A stretch of 62,374 nt of DNA, from positions 1 to 62,374 of the forward strand of contig BJFU01000003.1 in assembly GCA_014190035.1 (NCBI GenBank). Direction: 5' to 3'. This DNA comes from Actinomycetes bacterium (GTDB lineage Bacteria; Actinomycetota; Actinomycetes; S36-B12; UBA5976). The position numbers and the translations under genes are program-made. Shown here piece by piece: positions 20,219-31,084 of this stretch; position 1 is the stretch's first letter; each line of letters opens with the position of its first letter. The notes under the pieces were generated by a model that made no database searches, was not told the DNA's origin, and saw only the letters and a list, made by a program, of their open reading frames with translations.

Positions 20219-21624
20219 GATTTCTGACGAGCTTCTAAAAGAGTTAAAACTTCAGGAGCTAACAATCCAATATCTCCTGCGCCCAAAGTCATGATGATGT
20301 CATTTGGTTTGGCTCTATTTACAAGTTGTTGAGCTACTTTTGACCAAGAAGGTTCGAACACAACCTGATCTTGCGGCAGTGGCACAAGAGAGGCCATGGT
20401 TTGTCCACTTGCTCCAGGGATTGCTTCTTCTCCTGGTGCAAAAACTTCTAAGACCACAACTTGATCAGCTAAACCAAGTGCTTCGCCAAATTCTTTATTA
20501 AACAAAGCGGTGCGGTAATAGTGATGTGCTTGAAAAGCAACCACAATCTTTCCACTTTCAACAACATCTCGAGCAGCTTTAAGAGTCGCAGCAATCTCAG
20601 TTGGATGATGTGCGTAGTCGTCATAAACGCGTATGCCATCTGCACTGCCTCTAAATTCAAATCTTCTTCTAGTGCCTGTGAATTTAGAAATTCCATTTTT
20701 CAGATTCTTAAAATCTTTGCCTAAACCAAGACCAACACAAAGGGCAGCTGCTGCATTTAAAGCATTGTGTAATCCTAAGACTTTGAGTTCAATTCTTCCT
20801 AAGTTTTTACCCTCAAAATTAACATCAAAAGATGGACCAGGAAGTCCTAGTTTTAGATTGGTAATTTTCAAATCACTATCAGAGTTAGTGCCATAAGAAA
20901 TGACTTTTACACCCTTTTCTTTTGCCTTTGAGATTAGGTTTCTGCCACCTTCATCATCGGCACAAATAACTGCAAAGCCGTTTCTTTCTTTTGTTAGTTC
21001 ACAAAACTCAACAAAGGCAGCTTCGATTTTGTCAAAAGTTTTCCAGTGATCTAAGTGGTCTGGTTCCACATTTGTGACTACTGCAACTTTTGGGGATAGA
21101 AATAGAAATGAGCCATCAGATTCATCTGCTTCAACAACAAAGTTTTTGCCTTCTCCTAGGTGTGCATTTGATCCAGTTTCGGAAAGTTCACTTCCAATAG
21201 CAAAAGAAGGATCTTCACCACAAGCTTGTAAAGCCACTGTCACCATCGAAGTTGTGGTGGTTTTTCCGTGAGTTCCAGAAACTGCAATGGTTTCAAATTG
21301 TCTTGTGAGAACTCCTAATGCATCTGCTCTTCTTAATACTTTTAAATTCTTATCTCGAGCAGCTTTTAGTTCAGGATTATTCTCTTTGATAGCAGTTGAA
21401 TGAATTACTGTTTGGCAATCTTTTAGGTTTTCTGGGGAATGGCCTACAAAAACATTTACACCAATTTTGCGTAGAGCTTCAAGTCTTCTTGATTCTTTGG
21501 CATCAGTTCCACTAACTTCGACTCCTTGAGCAGAAAGCAATCTGGCAATACCAGACATTCCTGCACCACCTAAACCAAGAATGTGAACTTTTCCTAAATC
21601 GGAAATCTCTTTATTCAATGTCAT
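20215..21624 (-). CDS. murC: UDP-N-acetylmuramate-L-alanine ligase
   Basis: GLGGAGMSG, GTHGKTTTT, EADESD, DDYAHHPTE. Confidence 0.97.
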   Translation of the reverse strand: MTLNKEISDLGKVHILGLGGAGMSGIARLLSAQGVEVSGTDAKESRRLEALRKIGVNVFVGHSPENLKDCQTVIHSTAIKENNPELKAARDKNLKVLRRADALGVLTRQFETIAVSGTHGKTTTTSMVTVALQACGEDPSFAIGSELSETGSNAHLGEGKNFVVEADESDGSFLFLSPKVAVVTNVEPDHLDHWKTFDKIEAAFVEFCELTKERNGFAVICADDEGGRNLISKAKEKGVKVISYGTNSDSDLKITNLKLGLPGPSFDVNFEGKNLGRIELKVLGLHNALNAAAALCVGLGLGKDFKNLKNGISKFTGTRRRFEFRGSADGIRVYDDYAHHPTEIAATLKAARDVVESGKIVVAFQAHHYYRTALFNKEFGEALGLADQVVVLEVFAPGEEAIPGASGQTMASLVPLPQDQVVFEPSWSKVAQQLVNRAKPNDIIMTLGAGDIGLLAPEVLTLLEARQKS

Positions 21625-21633
21625 TTGCAGACT

Positions 21634-22716
21634 CTATTTATGTGCACTTGCTAAGGCTAACGCGCTTTGCGCAACTTTCTTGTCAGCATCGCGCAAACCA
21701 TGACGGCTTGCAGCCTGTGACATCTCATGCAACTTTGCTGGATTTGCCAGAAGTTCTTTGATTTGGCGAACTAATACTGCGGGTGAAACTTCAGCATCTG
21801 AAATTACAACTCCTCCCCCGTCTTTAACTAGTTCTGCCACGTTTTGACTTTGTTCACCATTGCCACTGGCAAAGGGAATATAAATTGCCGGCATCGCTAA
21901 AACTGTTTGTTCTGCAATTGTCATTGCCCCTGCTCTGGAAATAACCAAATCTGCAGCGGCGTAAGCCATTTCCATTTTTTCAATATAGGAAACTGGGTGA
22001 TAAAAACTAAACTTTTTGGTGCTTTCATCAATCGTATTTTTATTACCAATTGCATGAAGAATCTGAATATTTGTGTCTGCTAATTCCTCCAGGGAACCAA
22101 CGATTGCTTTATTAACAGAAGAGGCACCTTGAGATCCACCAAAAACTAACAAAGTTTGTTTGTTTGGATCTAGGCCAAAACTAACTCGGGCATTATTTCT
22201 AGCAGTTTCTTTGTTTAGGTTAGATATTTCAGTTCTTAAAGGCATCCCAATAGTCTTTGCTCCTTTAATGGAGTTAGGAAACATTTGAAAGACTTCTTTA
22301 GCAAATTTGCTACCTACGCGGTTGGCTAAACCTGCTTTCTTATTGCCCTCATGAATTATTACTGGAATTTTCAATTTCTTGGCTGCAAGATACATAGGAA
22401 GTGAAACATAGGCACCAAAACCAACAACACAATCAACTTTTCTATCAACTAATAATTGTTGAGCAATTCTTTTTGCCGCCAACAATCTAAATGGCAAAGA
22501 TAATGTTGCAAAACTTATATTTCTAGGCAAAGGAGTCGCTGGGATTAAAGCTAGTTCTATTCCTCTTTTAGAAACTATGTCTCTTTCTAATCCTTTAGAG
22601 GTTCCCACAATAAAAACGTTTGCATTATTATCTATTTCTTTAATTGCTTTGGCACAAGCTATTGCAGGTTCGATATGACCGGCTGTTCCACCTGCAGCTA
22701 ATGCAATAACACTCAT
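21634..22716 (-). CDS. murG: Lipid II GlcNAc transferase
   Basis: AGGTAGHI, FGGSQGA, RAGAMT, GNGEQ. Confidence 0.96.
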   Translation of the reverse strand: MSVIALAAGGTAGHIEPAIACAKAIKEIDNNANVFIVGTSKGLERDIVSKRGIELALIPATPLPRNISFATLSLPFRLLAAKRIAQQLLVDRKVDCVVGFGAYVSLPMYLAAKKLKIPVIIHEGNKKAGLANRVGSKFAKEVFQMFPNSIKGAKTIGMPLRTEISNLNKETARNNARVSFGLDPNKQTLLVFGGSQGASSVNKAIVGSLEELADTNIQILHAIGNKNTIDESTKKFSFYHPVSYIEKMEMAYAAADLVISRAGAMTIAEQTVLAMPAIYIPFASGNGEQSQNVAELVKDGGGVVISDAEVSPAVLVRQIKELLANPAKLHEMSQAASRHGLRDADKKVAQSALALASAHK

Positions 22717-23906
22717 TTAACAGCTCTTAATGATTTCTTCTTTTTCAATTCTGCTTTAACATTTGGTTCCGCCCGCAACACAGCCATCAGCACTCCAATT
22801 GCACTCATTGTGAATACTAACGATGAACCGCCATACGAGACCAGTGGCAAAGGAACGCCAGTTACTGGGAGTAATCCCAACACTGCACCTGCGTTAATTA
22901 TTGATTGCAACACAATCCAAGCCATTACAGATGTAGCGATTAGTTTTGTGAAAAGATCATTGGTTTTTCTAGCTAAAGTAAGAGCAACATAAGCAATTGT
23001 TCCAATTAATGCCAACACAATTAATGTTCCGACTAAACCTAATTCTTCACCAACAACAGCAAAAATAAAATCTGTGTGTGCAGCAGGTAACCAACCCCAT
23101 TTTTCTTTACTAGCACCTAATCCAATTCCAGTCCATCCGCCTGAAGCCAGTGCATATTTACCATGAGTTACTTGCCAACCTGCATCTTGATTTTCAGCTG
23201 ATGGATTAATCCAAGATAAGAATCTTTGAATTCGATAACTTTCTTGAATTGAAAGAATGAAAATTCCCAATAGTCCTGCCATGGCCGACCAAGTAAATAA
23301 CTTCACTGGAGCCCCAACTGCATAGAAAAGTGACAACAAAATAGGACCAAGAATCAATGCAGTTCCTAAGTCACCCTCAAAAATAACCAACACTGCAATG
23401 ATTGCACCTACTGGAAATACTGGAACAAGAAGATTTTGCCAAGTTGTAATCTTTGATCTAATTTGCTTACTCAAAACAACTGATCCCCAAACAATAAGGG
23501 TTAGTTTTGCAATTTCACTGGGTTGCAATCTAAATGGTCCCCATAAACTAATCCAGTTTCTTTGACCTGCCACAGATATTCCAATACTTGGAATTAATAC
23601 CAAAACCAATAGAACAATTGATATCCATAAGGCCACTTTTGACCATCTAAAAAAGAATATTTTTGGTAATCGTGAAATTGCCATCATGATAACGATTCCA
23701 ATACTTGCATACATTAATTGACGAAGAAAAATAATGTATTGATTATTGAATTGTTTATAGGAAACTGTTGTTGAGGCAGAAAGAATCATTACCATACCTA
23801 TAAACAACAAACCAAAGGTTGCTATCAATAAGGCGTAATAGAGCTTCGCGGATATTTCTGCTTCAGGTTTTAAGTTATTGGCTTTAACTTGATTTTGGGT
23901 AACCAT
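22713..23906 (-). CDS. ftsW: SEDS peptidoglycan polymerase FtsW
   Basis: LQPSEIAK, DLGT, LPAAHTDFIFAVVGEELG, GVPLPLVSYGGSS. Confidence 0.96.
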   Translation of the reverse strand: MVTQNQVKANNLKPEAEISAKLYYALLIATFGLLFIGMVMILSASTTVSYKQFNNQYIIFLRQLMYASIGIVIMMAISRLPKIFFFRWSKVALWISIVLLVLVLIPSIGISVAGQRNWISLWGPFRLQPSEIAKLTLIVWGSVVLSKQIRSKITTWQNLLVPVFPVGAIIAVLVIFEGDLGTALILGPILLSLFYAVGAPVKLFTWSAMAGLLGIFILSIQESYRIQRFLSWINPSAENQDAGWQVTHGKYALASGGWTGIGLGASKEKWGWLPAAHTDFIFAVVGEELGLVGTLIVLALIGTIAYVALTLARKTNDLFTKLIATSVMAWIVLQSIINAGAVLGLLPVTGVPLPLVSYGGSSLVFTMSAIGVLMAVLRAEPNVKAELKKKKSLRAVK

Positions 23907-25345
23907 TACTTTTTCCCTTGAGTTTTGATTACTGCTTCGGCAAATGCGTTGCCACGAGCTTTGTAGTCCTTAAACATGTCCCATGAGGCACAACCTGGGG
24001 CTAACAAGACGGTGTCTCCGGGTTTTGCGAATTCACTTGCTGCCACAACAACTTCGGTCATTGCTTGCTCATCGGTTGTTTCAATTACTTTAAAAGGAAT
24101 ATTAGGAGCAACAGTTCTTAAAGTGTTGGCAATCAATTCTTTATCTGCTCCTAGCAACACAGCAGCTCTGATGTTCTTAGAATTTTGTTTAATTAGATCA
24201 GCAAAGTCTTGTCCTTTTGCCTGTCCCCCAGCAATCCACACCACATTGTCGTAAGCCTTTAAAGACATTTGTGCGGCGTGACAATTGGTTGCTTTGGAAT
24301 CATCAATGTAGGTAATTCCATTAAATTCACCAACTGTGGCAATTCGATGCGGTGCTGGAACAAAACTCCTTAAACCGTCTCTTACATGTGTTGCATCAAC
24401 ACCATATGAACGAGCTAAAGCAGCCGCAGCTAAAGCATTAGCAACATTGTGCGGAGCATTTGGCTGAATGTCATCAACAGAACATAGTTCTTGAGCATGT
24501 GTTTGACGCTCTTCCACAAATGCTCTATCTACTAGAAAGTCTTCAACTACACCAAGCATTGATAATCCTGGGATTCCTAAAGTAAATCCAACTGCTCGAG
24601 CGCCTTCGATTACATCTGCGTCTTGCACCATTTTTTCTGTTGTTGCATCTTGCACGTTATAAATGGCAGCTTTTTGCACATTGGTATAAACCTTTGCTTT
24701 GGTATTGGAATAATTCTCATATCCCCCAAAAAAATCTAGATGGTCTTGGGCAAGGTTTAATACCACTGCAGAATGCGGAGACATTGATCTAACAAAAGGT
24801 AATTGTGGAGCACCCACTTCAATAGCAAAAACATCAGCAGGAATTGGATCCATAACAGCACTCACTAATGAATCTCCAATATTTCCCACCGCTGGAGCTC
24901 TTAAACCTGCAGCGGTCAATATTGATGACAACATCATTGAAGTAGTGGTTTTGCCATTTGTGCCAGTGACACATAACCATGGGGCAGGAAAATCAAGGGG
25001 TCTTAATCTCCAAGCTAATTCGAATTCTCCCCAGATTTCAATATTCTTTTTTTGTGCTTCATTAATAATTTCAGCATTTGGACGAACTCCTGGAGAAACT
25101 ACAAGAAGATTTGTATTTGCTGGAATTTCGCCTTTATAATCCAAATAAATTTGAGCACCTAATATTTCAAGAACTGTGCCGTGTTCTTTTTGTCTTTCAC
25201 CATTACCGTTATCAATAACAGTTACTTTGGCTCCAACTTCAATAAGTGCATCAGCTGCAGCAAAACCTGCAACACCTAAACCAACAACACAAGCATTGAT
25301 TTTGGTCCAGTCACTTTGTCTGTTGTGTCTTGACCAATCGATCAT
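23906..25345 (-). CDS. murD: UDP-MurNAc-L-Ala-D-Glu ligase (start taken at ATG 25345, coupled to the mraY stop)
   Basis: VSPG, TGTNGKTTT, DHLD, DDSKATN, LLAPGCASWDMF. Confidence 0.96.
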   Translation of the reverse strand: MIDWSRHNRQSDWTKINACVVGLGVAGFAAADALIEVGAKVTVIDNGNGERQKEHGTVLEILGAQIYLDYKGEIPANTNLLVVSPGVRPNAEIINEAQKKNIEIWGEFELAWRLRPLDFPAPWLCVTGTNGKTTTSMMLSSILTAAGLRAPAVGNIGDSLVSAVMDPIPADVFAIEVGAPQLPFVRSMSPHSAVVLNLAQDHLDFFGGYENYSNTKAKVYTNVQKAAIYNVQDATTEKMVQDADVIEGARAVGFTLGIPGLSMLGVVEDFLVDRAFVEERQTHAQELCSVDDIQPNAPHNVANALAAAALARSYGVDATHVRDGLRSFVPAPHRIATVGEFNGITYIDDSKATNCHAAQMSLKAYDNVVWIAGGQAKGQDFADLIKQNSKNIRAAVLLGADKELIANTLRTVAPNIPFKVIETTDEQAMTEVVVAASEFAKPGDTVLLAPGCASWDMFKDYKARGNAFAEAVIKTQGKK

Positions 25346-26409
25346 GCCCTTACCCAACTTGCGTAAAACAAAGCCAATCCTCCGGCAACAAGAGCGCCGT
25401 GAATTACCCAAAAGCGAACCACAATTTGAATTTCTGGCCAGCCCATCATTTCAAAATGATGATGAAGTGGTGCCATCTTGAAAACTCTTTTGCCAGTTAA
25501 TTTGTAAGAGCTAACTTGTAAAATCACTGAAACAGTTACTAGTACAAACAATCCTGCTAAAAATGCCATTAGTAATTGAGTTCTTGTCATAATTGCTAAT
25601 CCAGCAATTGCGCCACCAATAGCAAGAGAGCCGGTGTCGCCCATAAATATTTGTGCAGGAGAAGTGTTCCACCATAAGAAACCAATGCAAGCTCCAGCTA
25701 CAGCTGCTGCAAATACTGCAAGATCTAGGGGATCTCGAACGTCATAACAAGTTGCATTTTGTTCAAATGAACAATTCTGGTTAAATTCAAAAACTCCAAT
25801 AAGAATGTATGCACCAAGTGTCAATACTGCAGCACCTGCAGCTAAACCATCTAAACCATCAGTCAAGTTGACAGCATTAGTTGCTGCTGTGACTAGAAAC
25901 CAAACTAGAAGAATGAATAAAACAGTTGGTAAAACAATATTTGTATCTCTCACAAATGACAAAGCAGTAGATCCTGGAGTTCTTCCTAATTCATCTGGAT
26001 AATTTAGTGATGCATATGCAAACGCAAAGGCCACAAAAGCTTGACCAAGCAATTTAGTTCTAGCTCTAATTCCGCGGCTATTTTGTTTGTAAATCTTTAA
26101 GTAATCATCAGCAAAACCAACTAGTGCTAAACCAAACATCAATCCCAAGGCCATAAGGGCTGAAAGTGTAGGTGGTCTCCACAAAATTAAATGTGCCATC
26201 GAATAACCAACAACAGCACCACCAAGAATTGCCAATCCACCCATTGATGGAGTTCCAACTTTTGCTTGATGTTCTGGATAATTAATATTTCCATCGGAAA
26301 CTCTGATGGCTTGTGAACGTCCACGTCTTTTTAAGAACTTAATTAATAACGGTGTTGCAAAAAGTGAAAACAGCATAGAAAAAACACCAGCAATGATGAT
26401 CAGCCTCAC
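25342..26409 (-). CDS. mraY: Phospho-N-acetylmuramoyl-pentapeptide transferase
   Basis: GTPSMGG, DDYLK, NAVNLTDGLDGL, FMGDTGS, MAPLHHHFE. Confidence 0.97.
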   Translation of the reverse strand: MRLIIIAGVFSMLFSLFATPLLIKFLKRRGRSQAIRVSDGNINYPEHQAKVGTPSMGGLAILGGAVVGYSMAHLILWRPPTLSALMALGLMFGLALVGFADDYLKIYKQNSRGIRARTKLLGQAFVAFAFAYASLNYPDELGRTPGSTALSFVRDTNIVLPTVLFILLVWFLVTAATNAVNLTDGLDGLAAGAAVLTLGAYILIGVFEFNQNCSFEQNATCYDVRDPLDLAVFAAAVAGACIGFLWWNTSPAQIFMGDTGSLAIGGAIAGLAIMTRTQLLMAFLAGLFVLVTVSVILQVSSYKLTGKRVFKMAPLHHHFEMMGWPEIQIVVRFWVIHGALVAGGLALFYASWVRA

Positions 26410-27851
26410 GGACCGACCTCCTGATTATTGGTGTTGGTTAAATTCTCGCTGAAATCACTGACTATTGCATTCGCGACTCGCTCCAGACCTATAGATCTAG
26501 ATGCTTTTACCAAAACAACATCGCTTGGTTGGATCATTTCTTTGGCTTTGGCTATGCCTTTTTCAACATTTTCCACAAAGTGCAATTTACCTTTATAGCC
26601 ATTATTTGAGAGAAAATCGTAAATAGATTTAGCACCACTGCCAATAATTATGGTGTTTTGTATTTCAAGTTTTTGGATTAATTCGGCAACATCTTGGTGC
26701 TTTAGTAATGAAAGCTCGCCTAGTTCAAGCATTTCACCTAAAATTGCATAAGTATTTTTCCCTACTCCAATTTGCTTAAGAGTTCGAATGGCAGATTTCA
26801 TGGATTCAGGATTAGCGTTATATGCGTCATTGATAACTGTGACATTCTTTTTGCTAACTTCAATTTGCATTCGCCACTTACTCTTTGCAATTGAATTCGA
26901 CAAGGTTTGTGCAACTAATTCAATATCAATTCCTTTTTTCAAAAAAGCAGCTGCAGCAGCTAGCGAGTTAGAAACCTGATGAGCTCCAACTATCTTTAAC
27001 TTAACTTGACTCGTTTTTCCTAGATATTCAAGATCGTATTGCGCTTGGGCTTGTTCATTTAGAATCACATTTTTAGCACTTACATCTGAGCCGCTCAAGC
27101 CAAAAGTTACAACTTGTGCACTAGTTTTTTGCTTTGGAAAAGTTACATCCTCATGGTTTAAAATAGCTACATCAACTGAAGTTAAGCATTGAATAATCTC
27201 AATTTTGGTTTCTAAAATCTTTTCTACCGAGGTAAATATCCCTGCGTGAGCGGTTCCAATATTTAAAAGAATTGATGTATCGGGCTTGGCTATTTCACAT
27301 AAATGTCTGATATTGCCTGCTCTTCTTGCACCCATTTCTAAAACTAAAACTCTGGTATTTTCATCACATTCAAGAACTGTTTGAGGTAAACCAATTTCGT
27401 TGTTGAAACTTCCCGTAGGAGCAACCGTTGGGCCAATAAGTTTTCCAAGATCTGCCAATAAATCTTTAGTTGTAGTTTTTCCTGAAGATCCTGTTACTGC
27501 AACCTTCCAAAGATCAGGCAATTTAGTCAGCAAATAGGTTGCTAGTTTTCCTAGGGCAATAACTGTTGGTTGATCAACATCTTTGGAATCTAAATTGCCA
27601 TTTGAGACCAACAAAGTTGGAACACCAGTAATTTCTTTTGCAGCTATAACTGCCACAGCGCCTTGCTTTATTGCTGCCTCACAGAAGTCATGCCCATTTA
27701 CATTTTCGCCATTTATTGCAACAAACAAATCGCCTTTACTTACTTTTCTTGAATCAATTACTACTTTTCCTGTGACTTTAACGTTTGAATCTAAGTTCTT
27801 TATTTGAGCAGATATAGATTTAGCAATTTCTTCAATAGTCATTGGAATCAT
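26406..27851 (-). CDS. murF: UDP-MurNAc-tripeptide-D-Ala-D-Ala ligase
   Basis: TGSSGKTTTKD, FNNEIGLP, NDAYNANPES, VKASR. Confidence 0.96.
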   Translation of the reverse strand: MIPMTIEEIAKSISAQIKNLDSNVKVTGKVVIDSRKVSKGDLFVAINGENVNGHDFCEAAIKQGAVAVIAAKEITGVPTLLVSNGNLDSKDVDQPTVIALGKLATYLLTKLPDLWKVAVTGSSGKTTTKDLLADLGKLIGPTVAPTGSFNNEIGLPQTVLECDENTRVLVLEMGARRAGNIRHLCEIAKPDTSILLNIGTAHAGIFTSVEKILETKIEIIQCLTSVDVAILNHEDVTFPKQKTSAQVVTFGLSGSDVSAKNVILNEQAQAQYDLEYLGKTSQVKLKIVGAHQVSNSLAAAAAFLKKGIDIELVAQTLSNSIAKSKWRMQIEVSKKNVTVINDAYNANPESMKSAIRTLKQIGVGKNTYAILGEMLELGELSLLKHQDVAELIQKLEIQNTIIIGSGAKSIYDFLSNNGYKGKLHFVENVEKGIAKAKEMIQPSDVVLVKASRSIGLERVANAIVSDFSENLTNTNNQEVGP

Positions 27852-27854
27852 GTC

Positions 27855-29357
27855 TTAGTTTCCAAACTTTTCTTTTAAAGCAAGTTGCAAGTGTTTGGCG
27901 TCATCAAATTCAATTATTTGGCCAGCAATTTCCTGGGTAGTCTCATGACCTTTACCTAAAACGGCAATTGTGTCATCGACAGTTGCGTGTTTTACTGCTT
28001 CTTTAATTGCTTCTTCTCGACTTCCAATTTCTAAAGAATCTGTTTGATTTTTAACACCACTTAATACAGCTTTTCTAATTTCAGCTGGATTTTCGTCTCT
28101 TGGGTTATCGTCAGTAATTATTAATTTGTCAGCAAACTTTTCGGCAGCTGATCCCATAAACGGTCTTTTCTCAGCATCTCTGTTACCGCCTGCTCCCAAA
28201 ACCACAATCAATTTGCCATGAGTTTGTTTCTTCAAAGCGCCTAAAACATTGTCAATTGCTTCTGGGGTGTGGGCATAATCAACAATTCCAAGTGCTGCTC
28301 CTGGCATAACTACTGGTTGCATTCTGCCTGGAATTTGTGTGTCTTTAATCCCAGCGATAAATTCTTTTAGATCTATGCCAATTTGATCTGCCATGGCAAT
28401 TACTAATGCAGCGTTATAAGCATTAAATGCACCTGCAAAACTCAAAGTTACTTTATAAGGCTTTTTCCTAGGATCAATCAACTCAAAATAGACATGTCCA
28501 AGAGCTGCGGTGATGTCACTGACTCGCCAGTCGTTGTGGACATCACCGCCCAGAGAAACAAAAGGAATTTGGACCTTATTGATTAATTTCTTGCCCCAAC
28601 TATCTATGTCTGTGATTACGGATTTGGAACTAAATTCTTTGGTAAATAAACTTGCTTTTGACTCAAAGTAATTTTCCATAGTCTTATGGAAATCAAGATG
28701 ATCTTGGCTTAAATTTGTGAAACCTGTGCAAACAAATTTTGTGCCATTGACTCGATCTAAATCAAGTGCGTGTGAAGAGACTTCCATAGAAACTGCTTGT
28801 GAACCTTTTTCTAAAGCTAAAGCAAGTAATGCTTGTAATTCTGGTGCCTCTGGAGTGGTTCTAGCACTTGGCAAATTAACCCCTGCAATAGAAATTCCAG
28901 CAGTTCCTAATAAAGATGTGGGGATGCCACATTTTTCTAAACCTGCACGCATCAACCAGGCTGATGTGGTTTTACCATTGGTTCCTGTTATTCCAAAAAC
29001 TTTTAATGATTGTGAAGGATTTCCAAAAACAAAACTTGAAATTTCACCTAAACTTTTACGAGGGTTTTCGATATTAACGATTGGTAAATCACTATTCGTT
29101 ATTAACTTTTCACCTTGGGAATCCGTTAGTACTGCTACTGCCCCATTAGCTTTTGCTTCAGCTACAAAATTTGCTCCATGGTTTTTTTCACCATTTAAAG
29201 CAACAAATAAGTCACCTGGTTCAACACTTTTTGTGTTGTGTGTAATTCCAGTTATCTTTTGTTCTGGATTTGAAGTTTGCAAACTGAATTTTTGCGCGAG
29301 TTCACCTAACGACACAGGTTTTACGCTGGGGCGGGCAAACTTCATATCAATCACCAC
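27855..29357 (-). CDS. murE: UDP-MurNAc-dipeptide-diaminopimelate ligase (start may be ATG 29345)
   Basis: TGTNGKTT, MEVSSH, DYAHTP and DDNPR (DAP-type) motifs. Confidence 0.96.
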   Translation of the reverse strand: MVIDMKFARPSVKPVSLGELAQKFSLQTSNPEQKITGITHNTKSVEPGDLFVALNGEKNHGANFVAEAKANGAVAVLTDSQGEKLITNSDLPIVNIENPRKSLGEISSFVFGNPSQSLKVFGITGTNGKTTSAWLMRAGLEKCGIPTSLLGTAGISIAGVNLPSARTTPEAPELQALLALALEKGSQAVSMEVSSHALDLDRVNGTKFVCTGFTNLSQDHLDFHKTMENYFESKASLFTKEFSSKSVITDIDSWGKKLINKVQIPFVSLGGDVHNDWRVSDITAALGHVYFELIDPRKKPYKVTLSFAGAFNAYNAALVIAMADQIGIDLKEFIAGIKDTQIPGRMQPVVMPGAALGIVDYAHTPEAIDNVLGALKKQTHGKLIVVLGAGGNRDAEKRPFMGSAAEKFADKLIITDDNPRDENPAEIRKAVLSGVKNQTDSLEIGSREEAIKEAVKHATVDDTIAVLGKGHETTQEIAGQIIEFDDAKHLQLALKEKFGN

Positions 29358-31084
29358 TCCACTGGATAGCCAGTTGGCTTTCCGTTAGAAGGAGGAATAT
29401 TTAGTTGTTGTAATGAATATTGTGCAACTTCCTTGAATACCGGTCCGGCAAGCATTCCTCCATAGCGACCATTTTGTGGGTGATGAATTGCTACTGCCAC
29501 CACAATCTCAGGATCTTCTGCTGGAGCCATACCAATAAATGATGCGATCACATCTCGGGAATAACACTTACAATTTGGATCTACTACTTGAGAAGTTCCA
29601 GTTTTTCCAGCTACTCGATAACCAGGAATTGCAGCTACTGGTGCGGTTCCTTCATCTGAAACTACTGTTTCCATCATTTCTCTTAAAGTTTTTGCTGCTG
29701 CCACAGAAATTACTTCTGTTCTTTCCGGTTCTGCTGCTGCTTGGTATTGCCCATTTGGCATTACATAGCCTTCAATTAAAGAAGGATTAATTCTCACGCC
29801 ATCATTTGCAATCGTGGCATACATGCTGGCAATTTGAACTGCGGTAACCATGTAACCCTGACCAAAAGCAAAAGTAGGAAAACTTGTGCCAGACCATTTT
29901 TCTAATTTAGGCAAACGTCCTTTTGATTCACCAGGAAATTGCATACCGGTTGCTTGAGCTACTCCGAATTTTCTTAAATAACTATCAAATTTTTCTGCAC
30001 CCATTAATTCAGCTGCTTGAATTGTTCCAATGTTGCTTGACTTTGCTAGCACTCCTGTCATAGTTAATTTCAAAGTTGGATGAGGTTCATGATCATGAAA
30101 AGTTTTACCGCTTCGTTTTAATACAGGAGGAATAGTAAATGGAGTAGTCGGACTTGATACACCTTCATTCAACAGACCTGCCATGGTCATAACTTTGGCA
30201 GTAGAACCTGGTTCATATGCATCTACTAACGCGTGATTAACAGTTACACCTTCTGCCGCTTCACCGGGTTTATTAGAATCAAAAGTTGGATAATTTACAA
30301 GAGCAAGAATTTTTCCAGTTTTTGGAGAAATTGCCACAAGTGTTCCACTATCTGCTTGGGCATATTCAACTCTTGCTGCAAGAGCTTGTTCTGCCACAAA
30401 TTGCAAATCTCTATCAATTGTTAATCTAATTCCCATTCCTGGAACTGGTTTCTTTTCTGATGCAATTCCAGATGGAAGTGGTCTTCCTCCAGCACTGATT
30501 TCTACGGTTACTTCACCTTGAGATCCTGCTAATTCTTTTTCAAATCCATATTCAAGTCCAGCTAAACCTTTATCTTCTCCACCAATAAAACCAATGGTGC
30601 TTGAAGCAAGTGTGTTTGAAGGATAAATTCTCTTGGTGGTTTTTTCACTAAAAATTCCTGGCAGTTTCAATTCTTTAATCTTGGTCCATTGTTCTGGAGT
30701 GATTTTCTTCAAAACATAATTAAACTTGCGATCCCCTGATAACTCAGGAATAAGAGTTGCCACATCAGCACCGGTTATGCCAGCAATGGCATTTGCCGTT
30801 CCGACAGAATCAAGCACCATTGTTTGATCAACAGTGATGTCTCTAGCATCAACTGTGATTGCTAGCGGTGCACCTTTTCTATCTGTAATTTCTCCACGTT
30901 GGGCAGGCAGAATTAGAGTTCTAGTTCTTTTCTCAGCCGCTGCTGCAGCAAGTTGAGGAGAATCTAATGCTTGTAGTTGAAAAAGTCTTAATCCAAAAAT
31001 TGAAAGCACAATGAAACAAAAAGCTAAAGCTCCACGCATTCTGCGTGGTCCGGTTTTTAGTTTGATTACTTCGTTTGGATTCAT
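29351..31084 (-). CDS. ftsI: Class B penicillin-binding protein FtsI/PBP3
   Basis: RGEITDR, EPGSTAK (SxxK), SSN, KTGT. Confidence 0.95.
   Translation of the reverse strand: MNPNEVIKLKTGPRRMRGALAFCFIVLSIFGLRLFQLQALDSPQLAAAAAEKRTRTLILPAQRGEITDRKGAPLAITVDARDITVDQTMVLDSVGTANAIAGITGADVATLIPELSGDRKFNYVLKKITPEQWTKIKELKLPGIFSEKTTKRIYPSNTLASSTIGFIGGEDKGLAGLEYGFEKELAGSQGEVTVEISAGGRPLPSGIASEKKPVPGMGIRLTIDRDLQFVAEQALAARVEYAQADSGTLVAISPKTGKILALVNYPTFDSNKPGEAAEGVTVNHALVDAYEPGSTAKVMTMAGLLNEGVSSPTTPFTIPPVLKRSGKTFHDHEPHPTLKLTMTGVLAKSSNIGTIQAAELMGAEKFDSYLRKFGVAQATGMQFPGESKGRLPKLEKWSGTSFPTFAFGQGYMVTAVQIASMYATIANDGVRINPSLIEGYVMPNGQYQAAAEPERTEVISVAAAKTLREMMETVVSDEGTAPVAAIPGYRVAGKTGTSQVVDPNCKCYSRDVIASFIGMAPAEDPEIVVAVAIHHPQNGRYGGMLAGPVFKEVAQYSLQQLNIPPSNGKPTGYPVEW

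Noticed and set aside
24790-24830. MurD has EVGAPQL instead of the usual ELSSFQL
   Set aside because: The Glu and all other ligase motifs are retained; most likely lineage drift.
28717-29388. 223-aa plus-strand ORF and other long antisense ORFs (13105-13533, 55000-55404, 58003-58437)
   Set aside because: They lie antisense to well-conserved genes (murE, pntA, trpD, qcrA) and have no recognisable motifs.
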